NCBI GenBank assembly: GCA_934131175.1
Contig: CAKOZD010000007.1
Span: forward strand, 62 to 64,061
From: an uncultured Bacilli bacterium
GTDB lineage: Bacteria; Bacillota_I; Bacilli_A; RF39; UBA660
Direction: 5' to 3'
Length of the DNA stretch: 64,000 nt
Shown here: positions 54,882 to 64,000 of the stretch, in pieces
Layout: each line of letters begins with the position of its first letter
How positions within the stretch are numbered: position 1 is the stretch's first letter
The notes under the pieces: model-generated
Told to the model about the DNA's origin: nothing
Databases searched by the model: none
What the model saw: only the letters and a program-made list of their open reading frames with translations
Position numbers and translations under genes: made by a program

Positions 54882-55919
54882 GTGGTTCATATTAATACAA
54901 TAGATATAATTTACAAATTTTTAGAGGAACAAGACTATTTAAATAGAAAAGATGTACTAGGAATAATATTTTATGGTAGTTCAAATTATAATACAGACAC
55001 TAAAGATTCTGACTTAGATTTATTAATCATAACAGACGATGAAAATAATTATAAAGGTGTTACTTATATAGATAATAAAAAAATAGAATATTTTGAAAAA
55101 AATGTTTATGATTTAACACAAAAAATAGAAGAACTTCCAAATGGTTTTGATCGTTCATTAGAATCAATATTTACTAATGGAAAAGTAATCTATGACAAAC
55201 ATAAAACTATTGAAAATCTAAAAGATTTAGTTTTAGAAAACAACGAATATCCAAGAAAGAAAAACCAAAATAAATTCTATTCAACATGTTTTTCAGAATT
55301 TAAAAATGCTTTTTTTAGTACAGATAAAACATCTCCATATTTTAATTATATCTATTACAACTTCTTAGAAGAAATCAGAAAAGAATATCATATACAAAAT
55401 GGTTATTCAAAATTACCAGTAAATAAAATAAAAAAGTTATATGAAAACAGTGATTACTCTGAAAAATATTATTGTGTTAAATTGCCAGATGCTAACTTTA
55501 GAAATTTATATATATCTTTATTAGAAAAATATAAAGATGAAGACTTTAGTATTCTTTTAAGTAAATTAAAAGAAAAACAAACAAGAAAAAAATGCTTTAG
55601 CGTTCGAAAAAATAACATTAAGTATTCTAGTACCATAATATATAGCTTACTTGAGAAGATTGTTGCGAAAGATATAAATGAAAAAGACTATTTGTCACTA
55701 TACTATATAGCACTGGAAAAAATACGTAACTTATATTGTGATATTAATAAACTTAACAATTCATTAGATAATATCTATGAATATGATTCTTCATTTTTAG
55801 AAATTTTTAATGAATGTATATCAAATCCATCAAAAGAAAATATAACTTTACTTTTTAATTATTTATCATCAAAAATAAATATAGATTATAAAAATTATAA
55901 AATATATGAATTATCCTAA
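54882..55919 (+). CDS. Pol-beta-superfamily nucleotidyltransferase (KNTase/Lnu-like architecture)
   Basis: IIFYGSSNYNTDTKDSDLDLLI fits the GS-x10-DxD NTase motif, followed by a helical C-terminal domain. The GTG start has a weak RBS, so the start is uncertain. Confidence 0.65.
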   Translation: MVHINTIDIIYKFLEEQDYLNRKDVLGIIFYGSSNYNTDTKDSDLDLLIITDDENNYKGVTYIDNKKIEYFEKNVYDLTQKIEELPNGFDRSLESIFTNGKVIYDKHKTIENLKDLVLENNEYPRKKNQNKFYSTCFSEFKNAFFSTDKTSPYFNYIYYNFLEEIRKEYHIQNGYSKLPVNKIKKLYENSDYSEKYYCVKLPDANFRNLYISLLEKYKDEDFSILLSKLKEKQTRKKCFSVRKNNIKYSSTIIYSLLEKIVAKDINEKDYLSLYYIALEKIRNLYCDINKLNNSLDNIYEYDSSFLEIFNECISNPSKENITLLFNYLSSKINIDYKNYKIYELS

Positions 55920-55991
55920 AAACAAAAAATAAAAAATAATATTTAAAAGCAGTTATGTTATAATGAATAACTATAGAAAGGAGATATTTTT

Positions 55992-56408
55992 ATGGAAAAA
56001 GAAGTTAGAAAAGAGGTAACATTTAGAGGAGACCCATTATTTCAAGTCATGACAACACCTCAACTTAATCAAAAAGTATTTTTTTTGAATGAGAATGCAA
56101 TTAATGAAGTTAAGTCATATTCTGAAGAAATAGATCTTTTCAATGTACCAGATTTAGTATTATCAAAATTATCAGAAAAACAAGCTAATACAAAATTTTT
56201 ATTAGCATTAGAAAGATGTGGAGAAACAGAATCACATTTACCAGAAACATTAATTGCTTACGCACAAACTGGAGAAGATGAATATAAATTAGAAGGAGTC
56301 TTTTCTGAAAGAAAAGAATATATTGCTCCTGAAACCGGTGAAGAAGTAAAATTAAATTACACTTATTCAAATAAAAAAATAAAAGTAAAAAAAATAAATA
56401 ATAAGTAA
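55992..56408 (+). CDS. hypothetical protein
   Basis: AAAGGAG RBS, 138 aa, no motif recognised. Confidence 0.65.
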   Translation: MEKEVRKEVTFRGDPLFQVMTTPQLNQKVFFLNENAINEVKSYSEEIDLFNVPDLVLSKLSEKQANTKFLLALERCGETESHLPETLIAYAQTGEDEYKLEGVFSERKEYIAPETGEEVKLNYTYSNKKIKVKKINNK

Positions 56409-56428
56409 CTGATGTAGTTGCTTTTTTT
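56404..56428 (+). terminator. rho-independent terminator
   Basis: AGTAACT-GATGT-AGTTGCT hairpin with one G-U pair, followed by T7. Confidence 0.65.
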
Positions 56429-56553
56429 CTTGCTTTTTATAAAATATGTTAAAATATTAGTAAATGCAACCTAAAATGTACAAAAAACAACCGAAAGTTG
56501 GTAGAATGCAACCAGTTTATTTTATATGATTGCTACATGAAAGGAGAAAGATT

Positions 56554-58170
56554 ATGAAATCAAATTTTGCAGATAATCTTAAAAAAATAAGAAAAGAAAA
56601 TAATTTGTCTCAAGAACAACTTGCAGATAAATTAGGAGTGTCAAGACAGAGTGTCTCTAAATGGGAGTCATCTGCTGCATATCCGGAAATGGACAAAGTA
56701 CTTCAACTATGTAAAATGTTTAATTTAAATATAGATGAATTACTAAATCAAAATATAAATGAGATACATGAAGAACAAGAAGGTAAGAATAAAATAAATA
56801 ATTACGTAAACAATTTTCTAGAATATATTACAAAAACAGTAAAATTATTCATGTCTTTATCATTTAAAGATAAAGTGAAATGTTTCGTCGAACAATTTAT
56901 TATTATATTATTTTTACTACTTATTTATTCAATCCTTGGAGGAGTAATGTCATCTGTAGTTGGCAGTATATTTGCCTTTGTACATGGAACTTTTTATTAC
57001 ACAATATATGGAATATTAAAAGGAATATATATATTCATGTGTTTAATACTATCAATAATTATAATTGCACATATATTTAAAATAAGGTATTTAGACTACT
57101 ATGAAATTGTAGAAAAAGAAGATAACACAGAAGGTAGTTTTCAAGAAGATAATTCATCTTCTAACAAACAAGAATTAATAAATGATAAAAAAATAATAAT
57201 AAGAGATCCAAAACATTCAGAATATAATTTTTTAAATGCTATGGTAAAAGTAATATTATTATTCATAAAATTCTTTGCATTATTTATATTTGCAACAGTA
57301 GCATTTATAATTATATTTGAAGTATTTGGACTAGTATTATCACTATATCACATTCCAACTCACAGTCTATTTATTGGAGTATCCCTTACTGCACTAGGTG
57401 TAATTGCTATTACAACAATAATATTAATATTATTATATTCATTTATATTTAATAGAAAGTCATCAATAAAAACATTATTTATAGTATTTATTGCATCACT
57501 TGCTTTATGTGGTATAGGAATTGGACAAGTATTTATTTGTACATTAAATATGAAATATGACAATAAGTCATTTAAAAATGATAATGAATTAGTGAAAGAA
57601 TTCACTTATAAAGATGGAATGAGTATAAATTCTTGGTATGACTATTATGAATTTGATGTTGATAATAATTTAGGTGACAAAGTAAAAGTAACAATAAAAT
57701 ATAATGATAAAACATATAAAGTAAATATGGTTGAAGATGAAAAAACAAATTCTATAGATTTGTCTTTTACAAATAATTTTAATGAATTTTCTAACACTTA
57801 TAAGTTAATAATAAATGATTTAAAAAATAATACTTTAAGTAGTATTGACTCATCATCCCCTGAAGTAGTAATAACTGCAAGTGAAGCAAATGTAAAAAAT
57901 ATGATTAATAAAAAGTCATCAAATAAAATGACAAATTTAGAACAACAAGGAAATAAATTTTTTCTCGATGAAGTAGATGACGATGAACAGATACTTTGTT
58001 ATCAAGAAAATGGTTTCTACAACAACTGTGTTTCTATAGAATTAGATGAAGGAAATATATCTGATTTTAAATATGACAGAGATGGACTTCATTATGATGA
58101 GAAAAAATATGAATGTTCTAATGATGATAGTAAATATTTCTATTGTGATCATAAAGATTATGATGATTAA
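56554..58170 (+). CDS. XRE-family HTH protein fused to a polytopic membrane region and an extracytoplasmic C-domain
   Basis: ATG 56554 follows an AAAGGAG RBS. LKKIRKENNLSQEQLADKLGVSRQSVSKWE is an HTH_3 motif. About 6 TM helices follow. Confidence 0.8.
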   Translation: MKSNFADNLKKIRKENNLSQEQLADKLGVSRQSVSKWESSAAYPEMDKVLQLCKMFNLNIDELLNQNINEIHEEQEGKNKINNYVNNFLEYITKTVKLFMSLSFKDKVKCFVEQFIIILFLLLIYSILGGVMSSVVGSIFAFVHGTFYYTIYGILKGIYIFMCLILSIIIIAHIFKIRYLDYYEIVEKEDNTEGSFQEDNSSSNKQELINDKKIIIRDPKHSEYNFLNAMVKVILLFIKFFALFIFATVAFIIIFEVFGLVLSLYHIPTHSLFIGVSLTALGVIAITTIILILLYSFIFNRKSSIKTLFIVFIASLALCGIGIGQVFICTLNMKYDNKSFKNDNELVKEFTYKDGMSINSWYDYYEFDVDNNLGDKVKVTIKYNDKTYKVNMVEDEKTNSIDLSFTNNFNEFSNTYKLIINDLKNNTLSSIDSSSPEVVITASEANVKNMINKKSSNKMTNLEQQGNKFFLDEVDDDEQILCYQENGFYNNCVSIELDEGNISDFKYDRDGLHYDEKKYECSNDDSKYFYCDHKDYDD

Positions 58171-58182
58171 TAATAAGTATTT

Positions 58183-58220
58183 AAAACTATATATAAAATA
58201 TTCTTATATATAGTTTTTTT
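58183..58220 (+). terminator. rho-independent terminator
   Basis: 14-bp stem AAAACTATATATAA/TTATATATAGTTTT followed by a T-run. Confidence 0.8.
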
Positions 58221-58291
58221 ATTAATATGATATAATATGCATTGATTTCATTAAAAGCAAAATTTTAAATATAAAGAAAAAGAGGGATTAG

Positions 58292-59410
58292 ATGAAAACA
58301 TTATATGAAATATTAGGAGTAAGTGAAACAGCAACTTCTGAAGAAATAAAAAAAGCTTATAGAAAATTAGCAAAAGAGCATCATCCAGATGCAAATTCTA
58401 AGTGGACAGAAGAAGAGAAAAAAATGCATGCAGAAATATTTTCTGAAATTGCAGATGCATACGAAATATTAATTAATGAAGAAGCAAGAAAAGAATATGA
58501 TGAAAAACTAAAAGAAAAAAGAACAAGAAGAAGTTCAAGAAGTCGTAGAGCATCAAGAAATAATAACAATAGTACTGAAGAAGATTATAGTTACGAATAT
58601 GAATATTTTTCTAAAAAAGCAGAAAGATTTAGTAAGAGATATAAAGATATAAATGACGAAATAATAGAAAAGTATTTACGTAAACACAAAAGAAAACCAA
58701 AAACAATTCCAGAGTTTGCAACATTTTTCTTATCATTTGGAGCAATTCATGTATCAAAAGAATTCTTATATCAATTATCAAAATTAAAAAAGAAAGATAA
58801 TGATACACCTAAAAAATTTGTAATAAGAAATAGATATAATTTTGCAGCATTAGCATTAGCTTTTATCATAGCAAATAGTATAGGTGGTAATACAAATACT
58901 ACTCCAGCACAAGAACCAATATACGAAACTACTACACAAACTACAGATACTAATACAGAAAAAGCAACAAATGATACTGAAACAAATGATACAAATAAGG
59001 ACGAAGAACAAGAATCAATCTTATTAACTAGAAAGTATGTTATAAAGCCAGGCGACTATTTATCAAGACTTGCAGTAGATGCAGGAATTTCAACAGATAA
59101 ATTACAAGAGATTAATAATATTAAATCTGCAGATAGAATAAACGTAGGAGACACAATTACAATTCCATATAATATTGAAGGTGAAAATAAAGACTATTAC
59201 ACAAAAAAAGTGGTATTATATGACAGAGATTTATCAAAGGTAGCAGCTGAATATGAAACAGACATTGATACACTTTATAGACTAAATGAAGAAGCAATAG
59301 AAAAAGTAACCGATAACTCTTACGTAGTTTTAAGTGATACTATAGAAGTACCTAACTTTATTACAACTGCTGAATTAAATAGTATGAAAGAAAAAACAAA
59401 AAATTTCTAA
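58292..59410 (+). CDS. J-domain (DnaJ-like) - TM - LysM domain protein
   Basis: LYEILGVSETATSEEIKKAYRKLAKEHHPD carries the HPD motif. A central TM helix is followed by the C-terminal LysM YVIKPGDYLSRLAV...INVGDTITIP. Confidence 0.8.
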   Translation: MKTLYEILGVSETATSEEIKKAYRKLAKEHHPDANSKWTEEEKKMHAEIFSEIADAYEILINEEARKEYDEKLKEKRTRRSSRSRRASRNNNNSTEEDYSYEYEYFSKKAERFSKRYKDINDEIIEKYLRKHKRKPKTIPEFATFFLSFGAIHVSKEFLYQLSKLKKKDNDTPKKFVIRNRYNFAALALAFIIANSIGGNTNTTPAQEPIYETTTQTTDTNTEKATNDTETNDTNKDEEQESILLTRKYVIKPGDYLSRLAVDAGISTDKLQEINNIKSADRINVGDTITIPYNIEGENKDYYTKKVVLYDRDLSKVAAEYETDIDTLYRLNEEAIEKVTDNSYVVLSDTIEVPNFITTAELNSMKEKTKNF

Positions 59411-59562
59411 AAGCTAAGTAAGCAATTAAGTAAAATATTACTTTAAAATTCTTTTCAAATAAAAATATTTATGTTATAATTAACAAGGTTTTAATTGGAA
59501 ACGCACATCCTCTGGATGATAACGAACAACACAAAAGTTTATTATCGAAGGAGGATTTTATT

Positions 59563-60012
59563 ATGCCAAAAAACAAATTTCAAGATGCAATATTTACAAT
59601 CATTATGGCAACAATAATGGTATATGGAATGGTCGTATATAATGTTGCATTAAATATAGGAGGAGTTTCAAGTAAAACTTTTTTACTTGCATTAAAAGAA
59701 CTACCAATAATGGTACCAATAGCATTTGTCTTAGAATTTTTTGTAGTAGGAAAAGTAGCAAAAATTCTAGCATTCAAAGTAGTTACACCACAAGATAGAC
59801 CTCAAATTATCACATACGCAATATCAATTTGTATTTGTTGTATTATGTGTCCTATTATGAGTTTAATAGCTACATTTTTATTTAAAACACCAAGCTTTGG
59901 TATGTGGATACAAACATGGGCTCTAAACTTTCCTATGGCAATGTTTTATCAAATGTTTTATTGTGGACCACTTGTTAGATTAATATTTAGAACAATTTTT
60001 AGAAATAATTAA
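59563..60012 (+). CDS. small polytopic membrane protein (DUF2798-like)
   Basis: GAAGGAGG RBS, 149 aa, 4 TM helices. Confidence 0.55.
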   Translation: MPKNKFQDAIFTIIMATIMVYGMVVYNVALNIGGVSSKTFLLALKELPIMVPIAFVLEFFVVGKVAKILAFKVVTPQDRPQIITYAISICICCIMCPIMSLIATFLFKTPSFGMWIQTWALNFPMAMFYQMFYCGPLVRLIFRTIFRNN

Positions 60013-60013
60013 T

Positions 60014-60040
60014 GAATAGAAGAAATTCTATTCTTTTTTT
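60014..60040 (+). terminator. rho-independent terminator
   Basis: GAATAGAA-GAAA-TTCTATTC hairpin followed by T7. Confidence 0.8.
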
Positions 60041-60111
60041 CGGAAAAATATTTAATAAATGTCCTTTTACATAATATTATTTTAATATATAATTAAAATG
60101 TAGGTGATAGA

Positions 60112-61215
60112 ATGAATGTATATGATTATATAGATAATATAGGAATTTATTCTTTTGAAGAAAAAGAATTTAATGAAGTGGATGCTGCAGTATTCTCATT
60201 TGTTGCATATTCAAGTTTAAAATTAGTATTTAAAAAAGATAAAATGAAAATAAGTGAGCTTGGAAGAGTAAATGTAGGAATGTTTAAGTATGAGGATAAT
60301 AACGTAATAGCTGTGCGTGAAGGAAATAAAGTACTAAATTATATAAAAGATACAAAAAGATATAGGGACTGTCTTTTAAGTAAATTTGAAATAGATGAGA
60401 ACAAGGATATTCAATTTTGCGCAGTATCTATTGAGTATAAGAAAAATCATGTATTTATCTCTTATGAGGGAACAAATGAATTATTTAGTGGCTGGAAAGA
60501 AAACTTATTATTAAGTTGTGAATTTCCAACAAAGTCACACTTAAAAGCAATAAGTTATTTAAATAGAAATTATACATTTTCAGGTAAAAAATTAATTATT
60601 GGAGGTCACTCTAAGGGTGGAAATCTTGCTTTAGTAGCCGCGATGTATGCTAATTTTTTTGTAAAGAGAAAAATCGAGTTTGTCTATAATTTAGATGGAC
60701 CAGGTCTTTTAGATAAACAATTTAATTCTAAACATTTTAAGAGTATTTTAAATAAATATGTTCACATAGTACCAGATTATTCTGTAGTAGGAATGTTTTT
60801 AGAAAACTCTAATGAAGTAGCAGTAAAAGCTCAAACAAGAAGTATTTATTGTCATAATATAAAATATTGGGAAATTGATAAAAATTTTGGATTTGCCAAG
60901 TCAAAATTAAGTGCATATTCTAAAGAACTTAAAAGGGAAATAAAAATTTGGTTAGAAAAATATGATGATCAAGATAAAATGGAACTTATTGATAATCTAT
61001 TCTATATCCTAGATCAAGCGAATGTTTCAAGTATTCTTGAATTAAAACAAGAAAATAAAAAAGTAATAGATTTAATTTATGAAACAAAAGCCATAACAAA
61101 TAAAACAAAAGAAATGCTAGAAGGTCTAATAAAAATAATAATAAAAAGTTACAGTTACTCAACATATAATGAGTTAAAAGTAAAAGTAAAAGATGTATTA
61201 GACTTCAAGAATTAA
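60112..61215 (+). CDS. alpha/beta-hydrolase, lipase-like (Mbeg1/DUF2974-like)
   Basis: GGHSKGGNLA contains the GxSxG nucleophile elbow. Confidence 0.6.
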   Translation: MNVYDYIDNIGIYSFEEKEFNEVDAAVFSFVAYSSLKLVFKKDKMKISELGRVNVGMFKYEDNNVIAVREGNKVLNYIKDTKRYRDCLLSKFEIDENKDIQFCAVSIEYKKNHVFISYEGTNELFSGWKENLLLSCEFPTKSHLKAISYLNRNYTFSGKKLIIGGHSKGGNLALVAAMYANFFVKRKIEFVYNLDGPGLLDKQFNSKHFKSILNKYVHIVPDYSVVGMFLENSNEVAVKAQTRSIYCHNIKYWEIDKNFGFAKSKLSAYSKELKREIKIWLEKYDDQDKMELIDNLFYILDQANVSSILELKQENKKVIDLIYETKAITNKTKEMLEGLIKIIIKSYSYSTYNELKVKVKDVLDFKN

Positions 61216-61216
61216 T

Positions 61217-61585
61217 ATGACTAAAGTAGAACAAATAAATAAGTTATTAGACTCTTTAGAAAAATCAAAATTTAGAGGTTCATTTCATTTAAATAATAGT
61301 ATGAAAGAGTATGTAAGAGAAAAAGGCCTAAATAAGATTGCAAGCGATGCTTATGAAATAATAGAAAAAAGATTAACTCCTGCCATAATAAAAAATGATG
61401 GTAAGCAAACTCCAATGAAACAAACTCATCCAGTATTTATTGCTCAACACGCAACAGGTTGTTGTTGCAGAGGATGTCTTTTTAAAATTCACAATATAGA
61501 AAAAGGCAGAAAATTAACTGATTCTGAGATAAAATATATCGTTAACGTCATTATGTTTTGGATAAAAAGACAAATTAATATATAG
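61217..61585 (+). CDS. DUF4186-like protein
   Basis: DGKQTPMKQTHPVFIAQHATGCCCRGCLFKIHNI is the characteristic conserved block. Confidence 0.6.
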   Translation: MTKVEQINKLLDSLEKSKFRGSFHLNNSMKEYVREKGLNKIASDAYEIIEKRLTPAIIKNDGKQTPMKQTHPVFIAQHATGCCCRGCLFKIHNIEKGRKLTDSEIKYIVNVIMFWIKRQINI

Positions 61586-61628
61586 AAAATGAAAAAATAG
61601 TGTTATAATCAAATTAAAGGAGTAGGGT

Positions 61629-62189
61629 ATGAAAAAAAGAGAAATTATAATTTGTATAATAATTTTATTACTATCAATAGCATCAATTTCAGTTGCTGTT
61701 GTAGTAAGAGAAAACAAAAAGGTCGTTACTCATATAAAAGAAACATCTACTGATACTAAAAATATTGAAGAAGAAAAAGAAAAGAATAATACTGAAAACT
61801 TAAATCATCCAATTGATTATGATGACCTTGAAAGAAATCTTATGAATCTTGTTAATAACGAAGGATACTCAATTATTAAAAGAAATTGTGAAGAAAAAGT
61901 AGTAAAAGCAAAAAAAGATTATATTAAAACTGACAATACACATATATCAACAAAATCAATTTCAGATTTATTAACAAAATTAAAAGAAGCAACATTAGTT
62001 GTAGAGCAAGAAGAATCAAATGTATGTCCAAGTGTTTCTTACTATGTAGCAAGTGATACTGAAGAAGTACTTCAAGTATTTTATTCATCAGATCAAGTAT
62101 CATTTGTTGTAAAAGTAAATAATGTATCATATAACTTTAAATATGATGATGCTAAAAACATAAAAGATTTCATAGAAAATTTAAAATAA
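61629..62189 (+). CDS. membrane-anchored hypothetical protein
   Basis: AAAGGAG RBS and an N-terminal TM helix. Confidence 0.65.
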   Translation: MKKREIIICIIILLLSIASISVAVVVRENKKVVTHIKETSTDTKNIEEEKEKNNTENLNHPIDYDDLERNLMNLVNNEGYSIIKRNCEEKVVKAKKDYIKTDNTHISTKSISDLLTKLKEATLVVEQEESNVCPSVSYYVASDTEEVLQVFYSSDQVSFVVKVNNVSYNFKYDDAKNIKDFIENLK

Positions 62190-62209
62190 GAAGTTATACT
62201 TCTTTTTTT
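62188..62209 (+). terminator. rho-independent terminator
   Basis: AAGAAGT-TAT-ACTTCTT hairpin followed by a T-run. Confidence 0.7.
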
Positions 62210-62256
62210 CTGCTATAATAACGTTATACAATTAACAATGTAACAAGGAGGAAACA

Positions 62257-62955
62257 ATGAAAAAATTAGTATTAATAGGTGGAGGAGAAATAGGAAAAGG
62301 ACAAACTTCATATGAAACAGAAAATATTGATAAAGAAATTGTAAAGATGTCTGAAAAAGAGCATCCAAATTTATTATTCATTGGACTTGCAAGTTCATAC
62401 TCTGATTCATACTATGATTTAATAAAGAAAATATATAAAAATTTAGGATGTGAATGTGCTTATCTAAAAAAGAAAAATGTAATAAATAATCCTGATATTG
62501 TAAAAAACAAAATATTAAACGCTGACATTATCTATATAGGTGGTGGAGACACAATAAAATTAATGGAAGTTGTAAAAGAGTATGAAATAGATAAACTTTT
62601 AAAAGAGGCTTATGAAAAAGGTACTGTACTTGCAGGTATTTCAGCAGGAGGAATTCTCTTATCAAAAGAAGGATATTCTGATTCCTTAATATTACGAGGC
62701 GAGAGTAACAATTATACTTTTATTGATGGTTTAGGATTTACAAATATAAGCTTTTGTCCTCATTATAATGCTGATGAAAAGAAAAAAAATTGCTTATTTA
62801 ATGATTTAGAAAATTCTTCTAAAGAAGTGTTTGGAGCAGAAAACTGTTCAGCAATAAAAATAATTGATGATAAAATATCAGTAATAAAATCAAATGAAAC
62901 AGCAAATGTTTGGAAAATTAAATTTGAAAAAAATATAGTTGAAGAAAAAATATAA
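62257..62955 (+). CDS. peptidase S51 (dipeptidase E-like) family protein
   Basis: IYIGGGDTIKLM and LAGISAGG (nucleophile Ser) motifs. Confidence 0.7.
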   Translation: MKKLVLIGGGEIGKGQTSYETENIDKEIVKMSEKEHPNLLFIGLASSYSDSYYDLIKKIYKNLGCECAYLKKKNVINNPDIVKNKILNADIIYIGGGDTIKLMEVVKEYEIDKLLKEAYEKGTVLAGISAGGILLSKEGYSDSLILRGESNNYTFIDGLGFTNISFCPHYNADEKKKNCLFNDLENSSKEVFGAENCSAIKIIDDKISVIKSNETANVWKIKFEKNIVEEKI

Positions 62956-62990
62956 ATAATGCTATACTCTATAATAAGAGGAGTGAGATA

Positions 62991-63752
62991 ATGGAAAAAG
63001 AAAAAAAGAATAAAGGATTAATTGCTATAGTTATAGTATTGATTTTAGTAATTATTGGGTTAATAGTCTATATTTGCTATGACAAAGGAATTGTAAAAAA
63101 TAGTAAGAAAGAAGAAATAACTGAAAAATCAAAAAAAGAAACAAATAAAAGTAAAGACAAAGTTGTCGAAGAAAAAGATGAAATAAAACCATTAGATTTA
63201 ACAAAATGTTTAAATACAACTAATTTAACATTTAGAGATCCGGTTGTTGCAACAACTTCATTTGGTTTAACTGCCAAAGTAAATGATGATAAAAAGACAG
63301 TAACTCTAACAATTGATTGGAAAACATTTGGTCCATTAACATCTGCAACAGCATATGCTAACGAATCACAAGATTATATAATTAAAGGGTTTGACAAAAA
63401 TGTAAAAGCTGCATATATTGGAGAATTTGGACATTCTTCAGTATCTCTTACATTATTATTTATAATGGAAGATGGTACAGTAAGTTATATGCCAATGTTT
63501 GTACAAGCAGCAGATCAAGCAGGAAATATGAGATACGATGTAAACTACACATATAATAAAGATGCATCTGGAAAAGTAACTGATACTTATTTTCAAGTAA
63601 AAGGATATGTACAAGGAGTAACTGGAGCAGTAGAAATTTATAATGTAGTTGGATATGATTCAAATACTTCAGCTGTAACAAGCGCTATGACAGCAATTGC
63701 AGCAACAAAAGATGGAAGTTTCTATGATTTGGTATCAGTAATAAATAACTAA
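62991..63752 (+). CDS. membrane-anchored hypothetical protein
   Basis: AGAGGAG RBS and an N-terminal TM helix. Confidence 0.65.
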   Translation: MEKEKKNKGLIAIVIVLILVIIGLIVYICYDKGIVKNSKKEEITEKSKKETNKSKDKVVEEKDEIKPLDLTKCLNTTNLTFRDPVVATTSFGLTAKVNDDKKTVTLTIDWKTFGPLTSATAYANESQDYIIKGFDKNVKAAYIGEFGHSSVSLTLLFIMEDGTVSYMPMFVQAADQAGNMRYDVNYTYNKDASGKVTDTYFQVKGYVQGVTGAVEIYNVVGYDSNTSAVTSAMTAIAATKDGSFYDLVSVINN

Positions 63753-63762
63753 TAATTATAAT

Positions 63763-63790
63763 GAAAGGTAAACAAAATACCTTTCTTTTT
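63763..63790 (+). terminator. rho-independent terminator
   Basis: GAAAGGTA-loop-TACCTTTC hairpin followed by a T-run. Confidence 0.8.
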
Positions 63791-63854
63791 CTATTTTTTT
63801 CTATAAATAAAAAAAATATATGCTATAATGAATTATAGGAAAGTAGTGGTGAGA

Positions 63855-64000
63855 ATGAATAATAGTAAAACTAGTTTAAATAGTGACAAAAAAACAATAA
63901 ATATAATTCTTGGAATTTTACTGGTAATTATATTATTAAAAATAGCAGGTGGTGTCACTGAAAAAGTAAGTGAAATGATTTCAAATTACACAAATAGTAA
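63855..64000 (+). CDS. hypothetical membrane protein (5' fragment, runs off the window)
   Basis: ATG 63855 with an open frame to the window end. A TM helix (ILGILLVIILLKIAGG) is present. Confidence 0.5.
   Translation, partial: MNNSKTSLNSDKKTINIILGILLVIILLKIAGGVTEKVSEMISNYTNS

Noticed and set aside
3870-56553. Longer N-terminal extensions given by the ORF track from TTG/GTG starts (3870, 9641, 14925, 16860, 19667, 25816, 26653, 39203, 43749, 50366, 56530).
   Set aside because: In each case an internal ATG sits 6-10 nt after a good Shine-Dalgarno sequence. The upstream extension also overlaps a promoter, terminator or neighbouring gene. I kept the non-ATG starts only at 38573 (TTG) and 54882 (GTG), where no better start exists.
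59480-59562. Possible riboswitch in the ~75-nt 5' UTR of the DUF2798-like gene. It contains ACGC and AACGA motifs, and an ATCCTC segment that could pair with the GGAGGAT Shine-Dalgarno.
   Set aside because: I could not fold it into the two ACGR-loop hairpins of guanidine-II or any other riboswitch class I know. Only a generic 6-bp anti-SD pairing remains, which is too weak to call.
1-64000. I looked for mobile-element hallmarks around the CRISPR locus and elsewhere: transposase, integrase, inverted terminal repeats, att-like duplications next to the tRNAs, and prophage genes.
   Set aside because: None was found. The GH25/SH3b enzyme has a lipobox and no neighbouring holin or phage genes, so it is treated as a host autolysin. 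Whether any spacer targets this genome could not be checked by eye and needs a computational search.

Overview
This is a very AT-rich, Firmicutes-like chromosomal segment using the standard genetic code. It carries about 60 genes, almost all on the + strand, and I saw no transposase, integrase or prophage module. The main feature is a complete type II-A CRISPR-Cas9 locus at about 45.35-54.72 kb. It consists of a minus-strand tracrRNA gene that the ORF track cannot show, cas9 (1345 aa, all nuclease motifs intact), cas1, cas2, csn2, an 80-bp leader ending in ATTTGAG, and an array of 50 x 36-bp repeats with 49 x 30-nt spacers at an exact 66-bp period. Type II-A is a known family, and novelty cannot be judged without database searches. 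The locus-specific points are the guide-RNA pair, the compressed tracrRNA/cas9 promoter region, a promoter-plus-terminator mini-transcript just upstream, and two pairs of related spacers. Outside the CRISPR locus I found several things the ORF track does not explain. There is a stand-alone MetRS-C-terminal-like tRNA-binding-domain gene broken by a frameshift in an A6 run. Three MerR-type promoters have 19-bp spacers, and two of them share one operator although they lie 32 kb apart. Two TetR-type palindromic operators are present, as is a tRNA pair (CAU and UAG anticodons). A GT-C/PMT-family glycosyltransferase lies near a surface protein with a WxxWxxW motif, Cys repeats and Ser/Thr-rich tracts. 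There are also several families of uncharacterised paralogues: transglutaminase-like proteins, mini-kinase-like proteins and an internally duplicated protein. The remaining genes are ordinary housekeeping or accessory genes (SDRs, tag, DXS-like, oleate hydratase, an ABC transporter, a GH25 muramidase and others). All functional calls come from motif recognition by eye and should be confirmed with profile searches.
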